From assembly GCF_000284455.1 (NCBI RefSeq), contig NC_017039.1, positions 2,130,001 through 2,162,000 of the forward strand: 32,000 bases of DNA. Reading direction: 5' to 3'. Numbering within the stretch: position 1 is the stretch's first letter; each line of letters begins with the position of its first letter. The stretch comes from Synechocystis sp. PCC 6803 substr. PCC-P. Lineage in GTDB: Bacteria > Cyanobacteriota > Cyanobacteriia > Cyanobacteriales > Microcystaceae. The translations under genes and the position numbers were made by a program. The notes beneath the pieces were generated by a model. The model searched no databases. It was not told the origin of the DNA and saw nothing but the letters and a program-made list of their open reading frames with translations. Of the stretch, positions 30,401-32,000 are shown in pieces.

Positions 30401-32000
30401 CGGTCAATTTCAAGTCACCGTTAATGGCAATAGCACCAGTCCCATTACCGTCACCAGCGTCACCGTTGCTGATACTTCTATCACCCTGGTTTTAAATCAG
30501 ATTATTGGCCAGGGTCAATTGGTCACCATTACCTATACCCCTAACTCCAATGGTGAAAATAACTTAGTTAGCAATACTGGCACTCCCCAAACCGTTGCAT
30601 CCTTCAGCACCAACAACTTTTTAACCACCGCTTCTAGCACAGGTACGGTTATTAAAACGGCATTTTCTCCCTTTGGGGACAGTGGTATTTCCTCCATCAC
30701 CACTATTCCTGGCACTACCGGTATTAATTCGGATGTTGTGGCCACGCTTTACCAAAATCCCAGCACCAAAGCATTGCAAAACGTTGTAGCTTGGGTTAAC
30801 GTCGATACTTCCGCCCTCTCTCTTAAGACCATTCCCGGGCAAAACTACGGCCCCAATGAAGCGGCCTTGATAACCACTGCCGCTCAGCAATCGGACATCT
30901 ACTATGCGGTGCTTGGCCCCGATAATCAATGGGGTTTAGCCGCTCCGATTTTCTCCAGCCAACCAGGACAGGACCAAAAAGTAACATTGGGAGTTGGCCC
31001 TGGGGGCAATTTACTGGCGGCTTGGTTGAATACCCAACTGGATAGCGATGGTGATCCCAATACCACTATTCAGTTAGCGACTTTTAATGGTACTACGTGG
31101 ACTAATCCAACAATCCTAGGCGGAGCAAATGCCGGCATCAATCCCAATAGTTTCAGTGAATTAAGTATTAGTTCCATTAATGGACAACCAGCGATTTTCT
31201 GGACGGAAAGCCGGCCCCCTTCCTACAGCAACTTGGTATCAGAGCAGAATCCTTTGGTTTATCTACGGCTAGGGGAATTGAGCGGCACAACGGTTATTAA
31301 CCAAGGGCAATTATCCGTGGCAGGAAATGGCACCTACAGCACGGCTGGTTATACTCTGGGCCAGGTGGGGGCGCTGGAAAATACTAACACCAATACAGGG
31401 GACTTTAACCCCGCCGTGTTATTCAATGGTGGCGGGATAACAATCAATTCGCCAGTACCTGTTTCCGTGCAAGGTTTTTCGGTGGAATTTTGGTTCAAAT
31501 TACCAACGTCTGACGGAGTAGTGGGTTTGGCTAATTTGGCCGGGGTATTTGATCTGAGTTTGAATGAAGATAGCTTAACTTTTACCTTGAATAATGGGAG
31601 TAACCCCCAGATTAGCGGCACTGTTACCACTGGTAATTGGCATTATGTGGTGGGAACTTATGATCCTGTTAAACAAATTCTTGACCTTTACCTCGATGGT
31701 CAATTGGTAAATACTCTAGAAAATATTGCTTTTGCCAATTTGCCCCAGTCGGGAACGCTAACTTTAGCGGGTAGTGGTGGGTCTGTTTATTTGGATGAAT
31801 TTGCTTTTTATAATTCGATTCTTTCCTATGTTGATAATGGTTCTAGCCCTAGTTCAAGTAATAATAATTTTCTCAATTTAACGGGTTCCCAACTAATTAA
31901 CGGAATTTGGGGGGTTAACGAAGTCGGTTCCCACTATCAAGCTCGCTTTTTTGAGCCAGTGACAGCGGGACCAGAAACTAACTACAGCGTTTGGGACAGC
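27447..32000 (+). CDS. Giant multidomain surface-type protein, 5' part only (1518 codons, no stop before window end)
   Basis: Open frame read through by hand from ATG 27447 to the window edge. Contains propeller-like repeats, three SwmB-like Ig/cadherin-type modules (about 29.52-30.63 kb) and a LamG-like domain (SVQGFSVEFWFKL...GNWHYVVGTYDPVKQILDLYLDGQLVNTL). It is missing from the supplied track, probably because it runs off the edge. Confidence 0.9.
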   Translation, partial: MTINLADRLSALTTDSAGTTHVVWVENTSLWHAVYDPNSAMWVNAQVIANVGNQSLTSLNLIANDKLIQPPGNNSNAAPAPGLVVVYQQGSGNDSDIFYTAARYNSGGRTEWLSTPQALTSDQVGDLAPRAIAEENGTVLVVGQKVDAEQAKNQAIREDTDLYYQSFTVNQNQFSSNQNSPASGNIIQGNSYNYLGRNRNAPAASYEVLSAGEASFLGNKPTYQGLGLNWNASNEFNINALSLILAKKLGQEPEKVLKSMFGPLILSISLQGSSGNNPEWSLFGGGESTKGRLLLNSLATVGRKQRRNVGNSEDSNRFDKWRSQGRGALSPDSQEGFDLSFTLSSLYSYGNSNGNSDGKFPLYLETGGALASLAGSIPLFGFDDILNRGLNFNFGLFFNAGVALQWQVAPKDPGNYFPLLAPYLDLSGNTDRLFITDGFYNALPTYSEVTAALALLSNLEAAFASIDQNSSVELESLLVGIPVTLGFEGTLEIPFIFKLFGSIGFFADGTFTIKGDTPSSITIGAPFNLTVSLLGLIGARIAGFPTWTQTFAASSSQNNQTGLEANNTASVDGFLLTINLAQFLEPNLSLNPTDFTVTVTNANGQISTIPVFGVVVQTDSQSNNSEVILRLEQEIPYTTVNGQPFSNIIVKYSGNQLGNFTSSPVALQSPDTLIYTYNPTSGTGNDYTQNNQQITIAFNGPLDPDILPTENQLLNWFAVTNSSNQAIAITDVAVNQSRIVLTLASNTAINPGEIYTVQYNPDANSDQQLKAANQKTITAFTVSNGTAPTAWGLINRTFAGVINVQTQPVLSNLTSDFAQDTSPALALTSQGDILLAWSSDTPPITPISVLAEGDYLYLVFADNLKNDSANPPSNSQFTIKTSDGNTTTPTNVSLAQNTITLTLTNSVNASQIVEVSYSLSGTNLTSNLYLADATNTSFWVPDFTNSVQSAGSTSTAPTSLLGSVISNLITIPFNQTLNVNQIPNGGQFQVTVNGNSTSPITVTSVTVADTSITLVLNQIIGQGQLVTITYTPNSNGENNLVSNTGTPQTVASFSTNNFLTTASSTGTVIKTAFSPFGDSGISSITTIPGTTGINSDVVATLYQNPSTKALQNVVAWVNVDTSALSLKTIPGQNYGPNEAALITTAAQQSDIYYAVLGPDNQWGLAAPIFSSQPGQDQKVTLGVGPGGNLLAAWLNTQLDSDGDPNTTIQLATFNGTTWTNPTILGGANAGINPNSFSELSISSINGQPAIFWTESRPPSYSNLVSEQNPLVYLRLGELSGTTVINQGQLSVAGNGTYSTAGYTLGQVGALENTNTNTGDFNPAVLFNGGGITINSPVPVSVQGFSVEFWFKLPTSDGVVGLANLAGVFDLSLNEDSLTFTLNNGSNPQISGTVTTGNWHYVVGTYDPVKQILDLYLDGQLVNTLENIAFANLPQSGTLTLAGSGGSVYLDEFAFYNSILSYVDNGSSPSSSNNNFLNLTGSQLINGIWGVNEVGSHYQARFFEPVTAGPETNYSVWDS

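Overview
This 32 kb window is chromosomal sequence from a Synechocystis-type cyanobacterium. It is dominated by ordinary core genes: a sirohydrochlorin chelatase (CbiX/SirB family), tsaE, gcvP, pgk, a LysR regulator resembling ntcB, alaS, a CPBP protease, a cyAbrB regulator, a DUF3038 gene, ycf39/HCF244-like, NAD kinase, a Tat-type substrate-binding lipoprotein, tRNA-Thr(UGU), rdgB, glnB with an upstream NtcA box, a DUF1517 gene, trpF, an EamA/DMT transporter, an ABA4-like gene, pyrC, a methyltransferase, and the 5' 4.55 kb of a giant surface-type protein with SwmB-like repeats and a LamG-like domain. About two dozen HIP1 octamers (GCGATCGC) are scattered through it. The part least explained by housekeeping functions is 5.08-6.49 kb. 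It holds a compact, overlapping three-gene cassette (charged helical protein / HTH-like protein / HNH nuclease). Immediately after it lies the decayed remnant of a DUF433-DUF5615 toxin-antitoxin pair. Other points of interest are a DUF2442 gene interrupted by a TGA at a position I expect to be Trp, and a giant multidomain protein with no visible signal peptide and a roughly 1 kb region I cannot assign. I found no CRISPR array, complete transposon or prophage. The most plausible candidate for an undescribed system is the HNH cassette, and its function cannot be determined from sequence alone.
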